64,000 bases of DNA from Chitinophagales bacterium (GCA_013816805.1 JACDDS010000003.1:8582-72581), one strand, 5' to 3'. Counted from the stretch's first letter, positions 45,619-55,422 are shown. Notes: a model not told the origin generated them from the sequence alone. A program made the numbers and translations.

Positions 45619-46326
45619 TCAGTCGCCCGTCCACTTCTTTGTTTTTTTAAAATATCTCACAGTTAAATAAAAGATTAATAAAGCAAGCAGAACGCCTATA
45701 AATAATAGAAGGTAGTTATACAGTTGATTTTTTCCGTAGTATAAGTAATTATTCTTCATGATCAACAGTACGGCACCTGTTATCCAGACATAAGCAGAGG
45801 TATACTCTTTAATAAATATTCTTTGCCATTTCATTTCCATAGACTGTAAGGTGCTGCTTATTCCGCGAAATTTTGGGAGCCACCTGTTCACCTTTGATTT
45901 ATAATCTTCGAAAGCGCCATTAAATTTTGAAAGAAGGAAATTTTCTTCTGCAAGTACTATAGCCTGGTAAAAAAAAATAAAAACCGGCACTAACATCAAA
46001 AGGAACAGAAGTGAATTAGCCACAAATGCCAATCCTAATATGATTAAAATATTGCCTATGTACAAAGGATTTCTGCAGTGGGAAAAAATACCTGAGGTAA
46101 CCAATCCTTCCGCATAGATCCTTCTGTTTCTGCCACCGCGGATAATGTATTGAAGACCTACCGTTATCGCGCGGATGGCCTGACCTGCAAAGGCTATTAT
46201 CAAACCAATGATTACACTAATTTTATAATCCCGGAATATTGGAGGCGATGAAATAAAAAGTAACAGGTAAAAAACAGGGAACAGAAAATTCCGGTAATGA
46301 AAAAGAAAATTTCCAAGCTTAACCAT
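45619..46326 (-). CDS. ICMT/PEMT-like integral-membrane methyltransferase
   Basis: 5-6 TM segments. SHCRNPLYIGNILIILG is typical of the isoprenylcysteine carboxyl / phospholipid methyltransferase superfamily. The ATG at 46324-46326 lies 2 nt after the cmoA stop codon. Confidence 0.7.
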   Translation of the reverse strand: MVKLGNFLFHYRNFLFPVFYLLLFISSPPIFRDYKISVIIGLIIAFAGQAIRAITVGLQYIIRGGRNRRIYAEGLVTSGIFSHCRNPLYIGNILIILGLAFVANSLLFLLMLVPVFIFFYQAIVLAEENFLLSKFNGAFEDYKSKVNRWLPKFRGISSTLQSMEMKWQRIFIKEYTSAYVWITGAVLLIMKNNYLYYGKNQLYNYLLLFIGVLLALLIFYLTVRYFKKTKKWTGD

Positions 46327-46328
46327 TT

Positions 46329-47075
46329 TTATTTTACAGCTATTAGTCCGGCAAAATTGTACCACTTAAAAAACACTTCAGCATATCGAAAACCGGAGCG
46401 ATGGAGCAGTTCAATATTTTCAGTGAGGCGGTAAGGTATAAGTACATTTTCCAGTGCCTCGCGTTTCTGAGAAATTTCCATATCGCTATAGTGCTGTCTG
46501 CGCTTCATGTCATAATAATATTTTATAAAAAGCCTATTGAGCAAAGAGTCTTCACCCAGCACTTTTTCTATAAGTATAAAACAGCCGTTATCGTTTATCT
46601 GTCTGCAAATATCTTTCACTAAATGTTCACGGTATAGTGGCCGGATAAACTGAAGGGTAAGACACATGACCACTACCGATGCATTTTCAATTACGATTCC
46701 TTTGTTAAGATCACCATATTGAATATCAAACTCCCGCGTCATGCCCGCCAGCTTTAAATTCTCTTTGCATTGCTGTATCATTTCCTCGGAATTATCGATT
46801 CCAACGAAACGCACGGAAGGAAGTAAGAAAGGATCAAGCCCTATAAGGGTTGTGCCAGTGGAGCATCCAAGGTCAAAGATATTGGAGCCCTCCGTAGCAA
46901 AATCTGCAGCCAGCTCTGACATCATGCGCTGCATTTCATAATAAAAAGGAACCGAGCGCGATACCATGTCATCAAAAACATCTACTACTTTTTTACCGAA
47001 CTTGAAATCTCCTACTTCCTTTTCAGGATTTCGAAATACTTCGTCCCGGTTGGGTGCCTGATCACTCATTTGCAA
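46329..47075 (-). CDS. cmoA: carboxy-S-adenosyl-L-methionine synthase
   Basis: Collinear with E. coli CmoA as I recall it: DFKFGKKVVDVFDDMVSRSVPFY, DLGCSTG, IENASVVVMCLTLQF, YSDMEISQKREALENVL and C-terminal YNFAGLIAVK. Confidence 0.88.
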   Translation of the reverse strand: MQMSDQAPNRDEVFRNPEKEVGDFKFGKKVVDVFDDMVSRSVPFYYEMQRMMSELAADFATEGSNIFDLGCSTGTTLIGLDPFLLPSVRFVGIDNSEEMIQQCKENLKLAGMTREFDIQYGDLNKGIVIENASVVVMCLTLQFIRPLYREHLVKDICRQINDNGCFILIEKVLGEDSLLNRLFIKYYYDMKRRQHYSDMEISQKREALENVLIPYRLTENIELLHRSGFRYAEVFFKWYNFAGLIAVK

Positions 47076-47385
47076 TTATTTAATGATGAGATGTATCGAA
47101 ATTATTTCATAAAGAAAAACAATTTAATTTTTCAAAAGGCAAACATTATAACTGCAGCATTTCTAAAAAAACTATGAATCTGCCTTGCATTTATCTTCCT
47201 CGCCTTCCAATTCCCGACCCGAAAAATTCACCAGGGTTTTTTATCTGACTTTATTTATGACGGACAAATGTAATTTTTCCGTGAGGCACCTGGTCAACGG
47301 AATAATTTTGAGTTTGTACTCTTTAAATTTTTACTTTGCGCAAAAGAGGAAAAGGAATTTTCTTTAAACAGTAGAGATTTGTGTT

Positions 47386-49740
47386 ATGGCAAAAAAGAAA
47401 GATAAAGAGAATCAAAAGAGTCTGATGATAGTGGAAAGTCCGGCCAAAGCAAGAACCCTGGAAAAGTTTTTGGATGATAGCTTTATTGTAAAATCGAGTT
47501 ATGGGCATATTCGTGATCTTCCAAAATCCGATAAAGCAATCGATGTTGAAAATCGTTACCTCCCCGTATATGAGATAAGCGCTGATAAGAAAGATGTAGT
47601 TAAGGATTTAAAAAAGATTGCAAAAGAATCTAATGACGTTTGGCTTGCCACTGACGAAGACCGGGAAGGCGAAGCCATTTCCTGGCACTTGTGCGAAGCA
47701 TTAGGACTGGATATAAACAAAACCAAGCGAATTGTTTTCCATGAAATAACCAAACCCGCCATTCTGGAAGCGGTAAAAAAACCGCGCAGAATAGATATTA
47801 ACCTGGTGAATGCCCAGCAGGCAAGGCGTATCCTTGACCGCCTGGTGGGATTTGAACTTTCACCCATTCTGTGGAGAAAAATAGCAAATACCAGTTCTTT
47901 ATCAGCCGGGCGCGTGCAGTCGGTAGCAGTGCGGCTTATTGTGGAGCGGGAGCGTGAAAATGGTTCCTTTAATCCCGATTCTTCTTTTAAGGTTATTGCG
48001 GATTTTAAAGCAAAAGATAAATCAGGAAATGAAATTTCTTTTAAGGCAGAACTTCCAAAGAATAAAAGCAAAGAAGGTGATGCAGAAAAATTCCTGCAGG
48101 CCTGTATTGGCGCTGCTTATACAGTAAATGATGTCCAGGTAAAGCCAGGTAAAAAATCTCCGTCAGCACCATTCACTACTTCTACGCTCCAGCAGGAAGC
48201 AAGCCGTAAGCTTAGCTTTTCTGTTGCGCGAACCATGCTTATTGCACAACGATTGTATGAGTCCGGTAAGATCACGTATATGCGTACCGATTCCACAAAT
48301 CTGTCGGAATTTGCAGTAAAGGCTATCAGTGAAGAAATAAAAAAATCTTACGGTGAAAAGTATGCGAAGTCAAGGCAGTTTGCAACTAAAACTGCTAATG
48401 CCCAGGAAGCTCATGAAGCCATTCGCCCCTCTTATATTGAGAATAAAGAAACGGATGGCGAGAACGATGAGCAAAGGCTCTATTCCCTCATATGGAAAAG
48501 AACTATAGCTTCTCAAATGAGTGATGCACAATTAGAGAAAACCACTGCCCGCATAGGAATTTCAACAGTCACAAATGAAGAGCTGGTTGCAAGTGGTGAA
48601 GTGTTGCTTTTTGATGGATTCTTAAAAGTTTATCTGGAATCTTCTGATGAAGAAGGCGCTGATGATGGAGCATCATCCATGTTGCCTCCATTACAAATAA
48701 AGCAGGTTTTGGATTTTATAGAGATGAGCGCCACTGAGAGATTTACCCGGCCGCCTGCACGCTATGCAGAAGCCAGCCTGGTTAAAAAACTGGAGGAGCT
48801 CGGAATAGGCAGGCCATCTACGTATGCACCTACTATAAGCACTATTCAGAAAAGAGGGTACGTTGAAAAAAAAGATAAAGAAGGGGTGAGACGTGAGTAC
48901 CGTGTGCTCTCACTTAAAAATGACCAGGTCTCTAAAGTAAAGCAGAGTGAAACATCCGGTACTGAAAAATCAAAATTATTTCCAACAGATGTGGGAATGC
49001 TTGTGAATGATTTTCTTCTTGAGCATTTCCCTTCCGTAATGGATTATAATTTTACAGCAGAGATTGAAAAGGAATTTGACGATATTTCGAATGGAATGAA
49101 GATGTGGCAGGAGATGATCGATGATTTTTATCAGCCCTTTCATAAAAATGTAAAATCTACTATGGAAAATGCGCAACGGGTTACAGGCGAACGGGAATTA
49201 GGTACCGATCCGAAAAGCGGCCGTAAGGTAATTGTACGCATGGGCCGGTATGGACCCATGGTACAGATCGGAGCTACAAATGATGAAGAAAAGCCAAAGT
49301 ATGCTAAGCTGCGAAGCGGGATGAGCCTGGAAAGCATTACCCTTCCCGAGGCACTCGATCTGTTTCAACTGCCAAGGACAATAGGTGAGCATGAAGGCAC
49401 AGAGGTTGTAGCAAATGAAGGCCGATTCGGTCCGTACGTACTTCATAACAAAAAGTTTTACTCTTTAAAAAAGGACCAGGATCCGATGACTATAACCATA
49501 GAGGAAGCCATTCCTCTTATCCAGGCAAAGGCATCTAATTTAATTAAGGAATTTAAAGAGAGCGGCGTGCAGATTTTAGAGGGAAAATACGGGCCTTATA
49601 TAAAGAGCGGAAAGTTAAATGCAAAGGCTCCTGCGGGCAAGGAACCAAAGAATTTAACACTGGATGAATGCATGGAAGCTCTGGAAAAAGCTAAGGATGC
49701 TCCGAAGAGAGGGTTTACGAAATTTAAAAAAAGGAGTTAG
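47386..49740 (+). CDS. topA: DNA topoisomerase I
   Basis: Toprim LMIVESPAKARTLEKFL and ATDEDREGEAISWH. Active-site region ITYMRTDS. C-terminal repeats lack zinc-ribbon cysteines. Size 784 aa. Confidence 0.96.
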   Translation: MAKKKDKENQKSLMIVESPAKARTLEKFLDDSFIVKSSYGHIRDLPKSDKAIDVENRYLPVYEISADKKDVVKDLKKIAKESNDVWLATDEDREGEAISWHLCEALGLDINKTKRIVFHEITKPAILEAVKKPRRIDINLVNAQQARRILDRLVGFELSPILWRKIANTSSLSAGRVQSVAVRLIVERERENGSFNPDSSFKVIADFKAKDKSGNEISFKAELPKNKSKEGDAEKFLQACIGAAYTVNDVQVKPGKKSPSAPFTTSTLQQEASRKLSFSVARTMLIAQRLYESGKITYMRTDSTNLSEFAVKAISEEIKKSYGEKYAKSRQFATKTANAQEAHEAIRPSYIENKETDGENDEQRLYSLIWKRTIASQMSDAQLEKTTARIGISTVTNEELVASGEVLLFDGFLKVYLESSDEEGADDGASSMLPPLQIKQVLDFIEMSATERFTRPPARYAEASLVKKLEELGIGRPSTYAPTISTIQKRGYVEKKDKEGVRREYRVLSLKNDQVSKVKQSETSGTEKSKLFPTDVGMLVNDFLLEHFPSVMDYNFTAEIEKEFDDISNGMKMWQEMIDDFYQPFHKNVKSTMENAQRVTGERELGTDPKSGRKVIVRMGRYGPMVQIGATNDEEKPKYAKLRSGMSLESITLPEALDLFQLPRTIGEHEGTEVVANEGRFGPYVLHNKKFYSLKKDQDPMTITIEEAIPLIQAKASNLIKEFKESGVQILEGKYGPYIKSGKLNAKAPAGKEPKNLTLDECMEALEKAKDAPKRGFTKFKKRS

Positions 49741-49805
49741 TCGTTTGAGAATACTGAGCATTTATTTTATTTGAAAACTTTTTTGGGAGAAATAAAATAA
49801 TAAAC

Positions 49806-50687
49806 TTGAAGGAAAAGGTACCAAAAAGTGAATTAAGTGCACTCATTACACTGCTTGACGATCCGGATGAGGAAATTTATCGCCACGTAACCGATCGCAT
49901 CATTTCATTTGGCACCTACGTGATTCCAACCCTGGAGGATGCGTGGGAAAAAACATTCGACCCCAACCTCCATTACCGTCTTGAAGAATTGATTCATTTA
50001 ATACAATTTGAGACGCTGCTGCGGGATATTACAAAATGGTCAAAAAAAAAGAAGCCCGATTTATTGCAGGGAGCCTTGCTTGTTTCCAAATACCAGTACC
50101 CGGATGTTAATGTTTCAAAAATCCAAAAGCAGATCGACCGGCTCATGCAGGATATCTGGCTGGAAATGAATTATCATCTCACCCCCCTGGAGCAGGTGAA
50201 TGTCTTTAATCATGTAGTCTACACATTGAATCGTTTTGGCGGGAATACCAGCAACATTCACGATCCGCAAAACAACTATATAAACGTGCTGCTCGATTCC
50301 AAAAAAGGAAACCCGGTTTCACTTGGAATTTTATACCTGGTTCTTGCAGAAAAGATAAAGATGCCTGTATATGGTGTCAATCTACCGCAGCACTTTGTAT
50401 TGTCGTTTCACAAAGACCTCATTGACCCCGATGATTCTGAGCAGAAAATAAAAAGCGGCATTCTATTTTATATCAATCCGTTTAACAAAGGGATTATTTT
50501 CTCTCGTGATGATATTACACTGTATTTAAAAAAGCTCATCGTTGCCGCAAAGGCTGCACATTATGTCCCTTGTTCTAATAAGGAAATTATTGTAACCCTT
50601 ATTAATTCATTGATCCATTCCTACGAATTAGCAGGACTGGCGGAAAAAGTGAGGGAACTGGGAAGGCTGAAGGAAGTGCTTACATAA
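49806..50687 (+). CDS. transglutaminase-like / SirB1-family protein (TTG start in the ORF track)
   Basis: The central region NYINVLLDSKKGNPVSLGILYLVLAEKIKMPVYGVNLPQHFVL matches the SirB1 N-terminal (transglutaminase-like) family pattern. Confidence 0.6.
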   Translation: MKEKVPKSELSALITLLDDPDEEIYRHVTDRIISFGTYVIPTLEDAWEKTFDPNLHYRLEELIHLIQFETLLRDITKWSKKKKPDLLQGALLVSKYQYPDVNVSKIQKQIDRLMQDIWLEMNYHLTPLEQVNVFNHVVYTLNRFGGNTSNIHDPQNNYINVLLDSKKGNPVSLGILYLVLAEKIKMPVYGVNLPQHFVLSFHKDLIDPDDSEQKIKSGILFYINPFNKGIIFSRDDITLYLKKLIVAAKAAHYVPCSNKEIIVTLINSLIHSYELAGLAEKVRELGRLKEVLT

Positions 50688-50877
50688 CTAAAAAAGAAGT
50701 CTTTGCTGTTTTATTCCATCACAACTTTTTTTGTATCACCTGGTTATTGTTTTAATTAGCAGAAAATAAATCCGTAAGCCAATTTTGCTGTCACGAATTT
50801 GCGCAGCTACAGCATTGTCGAATTAAAAACATTACTTTTTATATCTCATTTTCTTAGAAGAAAGTAATCAAAGAATC

Positions 50878-50909
50878 GCGATTGCTGAATGGCTCCGCCC
50901 AGCAATCGC
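50878..50909. other. 9-bp perfect stem-loop inside a locally GC-rich non-coding island
   Basis: gcgattgct (50878-50886) pairs with agcaatcgc (50901-50909) across a 14-nt loop. No ORF of 60 aa or more covers 50688-51053. Confidence 0.4.
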
Positions 50910-51053
50910 AGGCTCGCGCCCAACATTTTTCTGCCGTAGCTTCTTCCGTTGAGCCTGTAGCGTTGGCGATGAAGCTGCAGTATCAGAACTTCACGTTTAA
51001 AAAGTTTCTACAGCTAGGCCATGTCATAGAAATCAACGGCAAAAAAAATTAAG

Positions 51054-51947
51054 TTAGGATTTAATGAATTTTGTCGAATAATAGCGATAATAGTCAAAAA
51101 ATTGAACAAGATAAATTCCTGGTGAGAATTCTGAAACATCAATTTCAGTTTTTTTATCACTTGTTAATAACGATTTGACCAACTTTCCCTTGGAGTTATA
51201 AATTTGACATCTTGCTATATACACAGGAAGGTCTATATGCAACGTTTCTGTAGTTGGATTTGGATACACATTAGGAGAATCATTTTTTTGAATTATCGAG
51301 ATTCCCAGAGGAATATGCATCTCAGAAAAAATGAGTGAAAAATCTGTTCCTAAATAACTTTGAGGACCCTGCGTATCACCAACAAAAGTAAAGCTGTCAA
51401 TAAAAAAACCATTTGGACAACAACCTATGGGATCTTCAGGAACAAAAACTAAGGGATAACTACTAGGGCAGTTATTATAATGGGGATCAAAATCACCGCA
51501 ACGAACATCAATTTGAAACAAAGGATATGGCAACCTATCAGTGACCGGTATAGTCAATAATATAGAATCGTAAAAAAGATTTTTGTCCCATTTGATTGTC
51601 AATGGTAACCGAGCATAGATAGGCGAAATACCACCTGCTGGTAAACCACTTACCACTCTTACCTTTTGAGCTAAAGTGCGATTTTTATAAAAAAACATAT
51701 TAAAAACTGATGTGTCGACAGGTTTTAGAACTTCACCATAAATAGTATCGCGGCCGTTTCCATAATCAAAATTATCGGCCCCTGGTTGATAACAATAATA
51801 GATGGTGTCCTTGAAGCCATCACCATCCTCAAACCAGAAAGGAAATACCCAAGCTGGTTGTATTTGAGCATCAGGTACCGCGTAAACCTGAGCTAATAAA
51901 TTTTTCACAAGAAATATAAAAGAGAATAGGAAAATTGTGTTTTTCAT
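51054..51947 (-). CDS. hypothetical secreted protein with a T9SS C-terminal sorting domain
   Basis: Signal peptide MKNTIFLFSFIFLVKNLLAQ. C-terminal VYPNPTTETLHIDL...GIYLVQFFD...KFIKS. Confidence 0.7.
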   Translation of the reverse strand: MKNTIFLFSFIFLVKNLLAQVYAVPDAQIQPAWVFPFWFEDGDGFKDTIYYCYQPGADNFDYGNGRDTIYGEVLKPVDTSVFNMFFYKNRTLAQKVRVVSGLPAGGISPIYARLPLTIKWDKNLFYDSILLTIPVTDRLPYPLFQIDVRCGDFDPHYNNCPSSYPLVFVPEDPIGCCPNGFFIDSFTFVGDTQGPQSYLGTDFSLIFSEMHIPLGISIIQKNDSPNVYPNPTTETLHIDLPVYIARCQIYNSKGKLVKSLLTSDKKTEIDVSEFSPGIYLVQFFDYYRYYSTKFIKS

Positions 51948-52081
51948 ATCTTAAATTTTGTTGAAAATACACATGCATTTTCTGCATATAGAAATCAACG
52001 GCAAAAAATACGAGTTAAAGAAATTTTTTCATAAGGTTAGGTTTATATTGATAAGATAAGGACTAGATGAGTAAGTGTATT

Positions 52082-53746
52082 TCACTGGTAAACCACCTTT
52101 CTGCTGTATTGCTGATTGCAGGTTTTCAGGCGGATGAAATAAATGCCTTTTGGAATAGCAACATCAAAGGTGATTAATGTGTTGAGCATTCCATCATTTA
52201 TTACAGCTTGCTTGATTAATACCAGCTGACCGAGGCTGTTGAACACCTGTATGGTTGCCTGATCAGTGCTGGTGATGTAGGTGGTTAGAAGGTGGAGTTG
52301 AAAGGTGCCGGTGGTGATGGTGGGGGAAATAGTGAATTCAGCTGGTAAATCCTCTTCTTGATTTAAACGTCTTGTCAGGTTCTCATCAATTGAAAGATCA
52401 TTCGGTTTTAATCTAACAATCCAGTAGTCCGGTAATCCCTGTGTGGTGGTATGGTAACCAGTAACATCACCATCGTTGGAACTGGTACTGCCTGCAACTA
52501 TTAATCCTCCGTACTTATCCTGTTCAACATCATAAGCATATTCGTAAGCACCACCACCTAAACAACTTTGTGACTGCAATTGAAGAGATGAATCAAGGCT
52601 TACTATCCAAAAGTCAGTGGGATTGGTAATTTTTGACGTATGCAAACCGATGACGTCACCATCTTCAGAAAAAGAATACCCTCCCACTACAATTCCACCG
52701 TGACGGGTAGCGGTTGAGCAATAAGCCAAATCGTCTCCTGATCCACCTAATGAAACTTGTTGCAGCAAATTACCACTGCCATCTATTTTAATGACCCAGT
52801 AATCATATCCGCCATAATTGACTGAAACATCGCCATCGTTGGAGGTTGAATAGCCAGAAACTACAAATTCTCCGGTTTTAATTTGAGCTACAGAAGTAGG
52901 ATAATCAATACCCTTTCCACCATAAGATTTTTCCCAAATAATATTTCCAGATATATCGAGTCGTACAACCCAATAGTCCAATTCTGGATCTTTTGTGGAA
53001 CCATGATGCCCTGTAACCTGGCCATCACTAGAATTTGAATAAGCAACAAATATATATCCGCCTTTATCGAGTTCTTTAATAGATAAAGTACCGTCAGACT
53101 CACTTCCTCCATAAGATTTTTCCCATTGTATTTTTCCAGCAAAGTCTAACTTAACAATCCAACCATCCGAATTACCATGGTTTCCTGTAATGTCGCCATT
53201 TGAGGAAGCGGAACTGCCAACCGCAATATAACCTCCGTCTGAAGTTTGGTATACCTTATACAGAACCTCTTCCCCAGTTCCTCCAAAACAATGCTCCCAT
53301 TCAAGTGTACCTAACGAATCGATTTTTACAATCCAGTAATCGTGTAAAATACTCGACTTATCTCCATGGTAACCGGTAACGTCTCCATTATTATGGGTGT
53401 TGGAATAGCCACTAATAATATAACCTCCATCGGCACACTGGCGAATCGACTGAGCATTATCATCACCTGTGCCTCCGTAGCTTTTTTCCCAATTAATGTG
53501 TCCATTACTGGTGAGCTTCACAATCCAGTAGTCATTTCCACCATGATTTCCTGTTACATCGCCATCGTTACTGCTTGCAAAGCCTGCAACAATATAACCA
53601 CCGTCATTTGTACGGGTGGCAGATTTTGCTGCATCCTCAGTATAGCCACCTAAGGCATTCTGCCATTTAATGGCAAAGCTTTGAGCGTGTGACGTAAAAA
53701 TCGATGCTGCAAAAAGAGTTAACGGGAGTAATAATAATTTTTTCAT
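52082..53746 (-). CDS. beta-propeller-type repeat protein (~50-aa 'DGGY..G.S.S.DGDVTG.HG..D.W(I/V)VK(L/I)D..G...W.K..GG' repeats) with a T9SS CTD
   Basis: The likely start, the ATG at 53744-53746, gives the signal peptide MKKLLLLPLTLFAASIFTSHAQ. About 8 repeats. The C-terminus ends GIYFIRLKTCNQQYSRKVVYQ. Confidence 0.8.
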   Translation of the reverse strand: MKKLLLLPLTLFAASIFTSHAQSFAIKWQNALGGYTEDAAKSATRTNDGGYIVAGFASSNDGDVTGNHGGNDYWIVKLTSNGHINWEKSYGGTGDDNAQSIRQCADGGYIISGYSNTHNNGDVTGYHGDKSSILHDYWIVKIDSLGTLEWEHCFGGTGEEVLYKVYQTSDGGYIAVGSSASSNGDITGNHGNSDGWIVKLDFAGKIQWEKSYGGSESDGTLSIKELDKGGYIFVAYSNSSDGQVTGHHGSTKDPELDYWVVRLDISGNIIWEKSYGGKGIDYPTSVAQIKTGEFVVSGYSTSNDGDVSVNYGGYDYWVIKIDGSGNLLQQVSLGGSGDDLAYCSTATRHGGIVVGGYSFSEDGDVIGLHTSKITNPTDFWIVSLDSSLQLQSQSCLGGGAYEYAYDVEQDKYGGLIVAGSTSSNDGDVTGYHTTTQGLPDYWIVRLKPNDLSIDENLTRRLNQEEDLPAEFTISPTITTGTFQLHLLTTYITSTDQATIQVFNSLGQLVLIKQAVINDGMLNTLITFDVAIPKGIYFIRLKTCNQQYSRKVVYQ

Positions 53747-53793
53747 AAGGTGGATTTGTATTGGTAAGATACTGATTAACTGTTCAATGCACT

Positions 53794-55422
53794 TCACTGG
53801 TAAACCACCTTTCCGCTGTATTGCTGATTGCCTGTTTTCAGACGGATGAAATAAATTCCTTTTGGAACAGCAGCATCAAGGGTAATTGCCATGTTGAGCA
53901 TTCCATCATTTACTACAACCTGCTTGCTTAGTACCAGCTGGCCGATGCTGTTGAACACCTGGATGGTTGCCTGATCGGTGTTGGTGTTTGTGGTTTGAAG
54001 ATTGAGTTGAAAGGTACCCGTGGTGATGGTGGGGGAAATGGACAGAAAACTTTCTGTATTGCTTAAAGTTTTTCCTGCGCTAAAAATCATTTTATTTTCT
54101 ACTAAAACATTAGAATCTATTACTGAAGGTTCCAGGCGAACCACCCAAAAATCATCCTGGCCACGATTTTTAGTTACATCGCCATCCGAAGAAGTTGTTC
54201 CGCCGCATACAACAAAACCGCCATCAAAGGTCTGCTGAATACAGGTAGCTTCTTCATAATCGCTACCTCCTAGTGTAATGCTTTGCTCAATAGTACCACG
54301 GTTATTAAGCTTTACCACCCAGATGTCATCCTTCCCATGTAAATCGTTTACCTGTCCGTCGTCACTATACGTAGATATTGCAACAATGTAACCCCCATCA
54401 CGAACTTGCTTTACTGAATTTCCTTTATCATCTTTGGATCCACCTAAATTTTTTTGCCATTGTAGGTTACCTACACTATCGAGTTTCGTAATCCACGCAT
54501 CCTTTTCACCTTTATTATTACCAATGTCCCCTCCTATGGAATTACTAAATCCTGCCACTATAAATCCCCCATCTAAAGTAGGCTCGGCATCATAAGCAAC
54601 GTCCTCATTTGCTCCTCCTAAAGCGTTTTCCCACAATAATTTCCCGCTCGAATCAATCCTTAAAACCCATTCATCAGTGTAATTGTTTGAAGTATTATGA
54701 TGATCGAGAACATCTCCATCTAAAGAAGCTGTAACTCCCGAAATAATATATCCATTACTAAATGCTGTTTGTATTGAATAACCAACTTCACTAAAGGTAC
54801 CTCCATAGCATCTTTGCCATTGAATATTTCCACTTGAATCAACTTTAACGATCCAAATGTCATCTTCTCCATTATTTCCTGTTACATCACCGTCAACTGA
54901 TGATGTTGAGCCTGCAAAAGTATATCCTCCATCATTCGTATTGACTATCCCATAGGCAATATCTATAGAAGAACCGCCATATGTCTTTGACCATATTATA
55001 TTTCCTTCAAAATCTAATTTACAAAGCCACGCATCCCAAGATCCATGGTTTTCATGTATATCTCCATCATTTGAAATACTATAGCCGCATGCAATGTATC
55101 CACCGGTTGCAAGGGGTTTGATTGAAGTAATTTCATCATAATCTGATCCGCCTAGCGCTTTTTGCCATATTAACTTTCCTCTTTTAGTAGTTCTAATAAC
55201 CCATGCATCATCGCCTCCATGATAACCAGAAACCTGTTTGTCTTTTGAAGCAGTATAGCCGCAGACGATAAAGCCGCTGTCAGAAGTTTGCTCGATACGA
55301 TTTGCAACCTCGGTTTTTGAGCCACCATAAGTTTTCTGCCATTTTATTTTGAAATTTTGTTGTGCATTACAAAACGAGGCTTTAAAAAATAAGAGTATCA
55401 AAAGAAGGTAGATTGATTTCAT
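53794..55422 (-). CDS. paralogous beta-propeller-type repeat protein with a T9SS CTD
   Basis: Signal peptide. 7-8 copies of the same ~51-aa repeat. The C-terminal ~80 aa are nearly identical to those of the downstream paralog. Confidence 0.8.
   Translation of the reverse strand: MKSIYLLLILLFFKASFCNAQQNFKIKWQKTYGGSKTEVANRIEQTSDSGFIVCGYTASKDKQVSGYHGGDDAWVIRTTKRGKLIWQKALGGSDYDEITSIKPLATGGYIACGYSISNDGDIHENHGSWDAWLCKLDFEGNIIWSKTYGGSSIDIAYGIVNTNDGGYTFAGSTSSVDGDVTGNNGEDDIWIVKVDSSGNIQWQRCYGGTFSEVGYSIQTAFSNGYIISGVTASLDGDVLDHHNTSNNYTDEWVLRIDSSGKLLWENALGGANEDVAYDAEPTLDGGFIVAGFSNSIGGDIGNNKGEKDAWITKLDSVGNLQWQKNLGGSKDDKGNSVKQVRDGGYIVAISTYSDDGQVNDLHGKDDIWVVKLNNRGTIEQSITLGGSDYEEATCIQQTFDGGFVVCGGTTSSDGDVTKNRGQDDFWVVRLEPSVIDSNVLVENKMIFSAGKTLSNTESFLSISPTITTGTFQLNLQTTNTNTDQATIQVFNSIGQLVLSKQVVVNDGMLNMAITLDAAVPKGIYFIRLKTGNQQYSGKVVYQ

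Noticed and set aside
50935-50947. 13-nt match (cgtagcttcttcc) between 50935-50947 and 55488-55500, both near T9SS cargo genes.
   Set aside because: By my rough estimate, dozens of 13-mer matches are expected by chance when a 64-kb window is compared with itself on both strands, and the flanks do not extend the similarity.
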